Translations under genes and position numbers: made by a program
The notes under the pieces: model-generated
Database searches by the model: none
The model's input: only the letters and a program-made list of their open reading frames with translations
Told to the model about the DNA's origin: nothing
Assembly: GCF_001194135.2 (NCBI RefSeq)
Contig: NC_068992.1
Location: 26,855,772 to 26,919,771 of the forward strand
Reading direction: 5' to 3'
Source of the DNA: Octopus bimaculoides
Lineage: Eukaryota
Length of the DNA stretch: 64,000 nt
Part shown: positions 63,467-64,000 of the stretch, one piece after another
How positions within the stretch are numbered: the first letter of the stretch is position 1
How the letters are laid out: every line of letters starts with the position of its first letter

Positions 63467-63970
63467 TAGGGAGCAGTAAGCAAATGTGTACAAACAAGGA
63501 AAACTATAATCGCCATTAAATAAGACTAACGGTATTATAAAAATCTACATTGCTAGAAATAAGAGCTAAACGCTCTGATGTTGCAGTAAAAGCACATAAT
63601 TCTATGCATACATACCGACAGGGATAGTAATTGCCCGAACAGTTGCGGTCGAGATAATCCCATACTGATCAATCATTTTCGGCTTTCGCCGTAGCCTCTT
63701 CAGTGAGATCAGCCCGACTCGGCTTATTCCGAACGGCGATTGCTCTCAGTATATATGTGTACACCATAGAGATATATGGATTTAGCGAATTGCTAATCTA
63801 TATACAAGTGATTTATGCAGGCAGCAGTTAGCGAATGTGTACCAACAAGGTATGTATATAGACAATTATACAATTATGTGCTTTGACTGCAGTATCAGAG
63901 CGTTTAGTTCTTATTTCTAGCAATGTAAGTATTTATAACACCCTCACTCATATGTAATGACAGTCATCTA
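63461..63970 (-). mobile_element. About 500-bp non-coding element in (TA)n with 56-bp inverted repeats, a 27-bp direct repeat and a central hammerhead-like motif
   Basis: IR arms 63546-63601 and 63872-63927 (52/56 identical). DR 63473-63499 and 63824-63850 (24/27 identical). CTGAAGA-GGCT-ACGGCGAA-AGCC-GAAA at 63703-63677. Confidence 0.7.
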
Positions 63971-64000
63971 CCTACATATATATATATATATATATATATA

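Overview
AT-rich eukaryotic DNA, dense in microsatellites, with about 25 N-gaps. The SINE families and repeat style suggest a cephalopod (Octopus-like) genome; this is inferred from recalled repeat families, not from a search. No complete host gene, tRNA/rRNA gene or CRISPR array can be supported, and most long ORFs in the track are microsatellite or N-gap artefacts. The window is a retroelement graveyard: at least five tRNA-derived SINE families (here A-E; some copies have clear TSDs), RTE and CR1-type LINE pieces, four R4/Dong-type restriction-like-endonuclease LINE pieces tied to (AAT)n, a Tx1/L1-clade element reduced to ORF1 plus the ORF2 C-terminus, several Tc1/mariner remnants and a Neptune-type Penelope-like element (PLE). 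The most interesting signals are a set of type I hammerhead-ribozyme-like motifs of at least four different sequence families (one at the PLE 3' end, one inside a small inverted-repeat element embedded in (TA)n, one tandem pair), a perfect 96-bp palindrome, two inverted SINEs sharing private mutations, and a few strong isolated splice-site pairs that may be micro-exons of an unidentified host gene.
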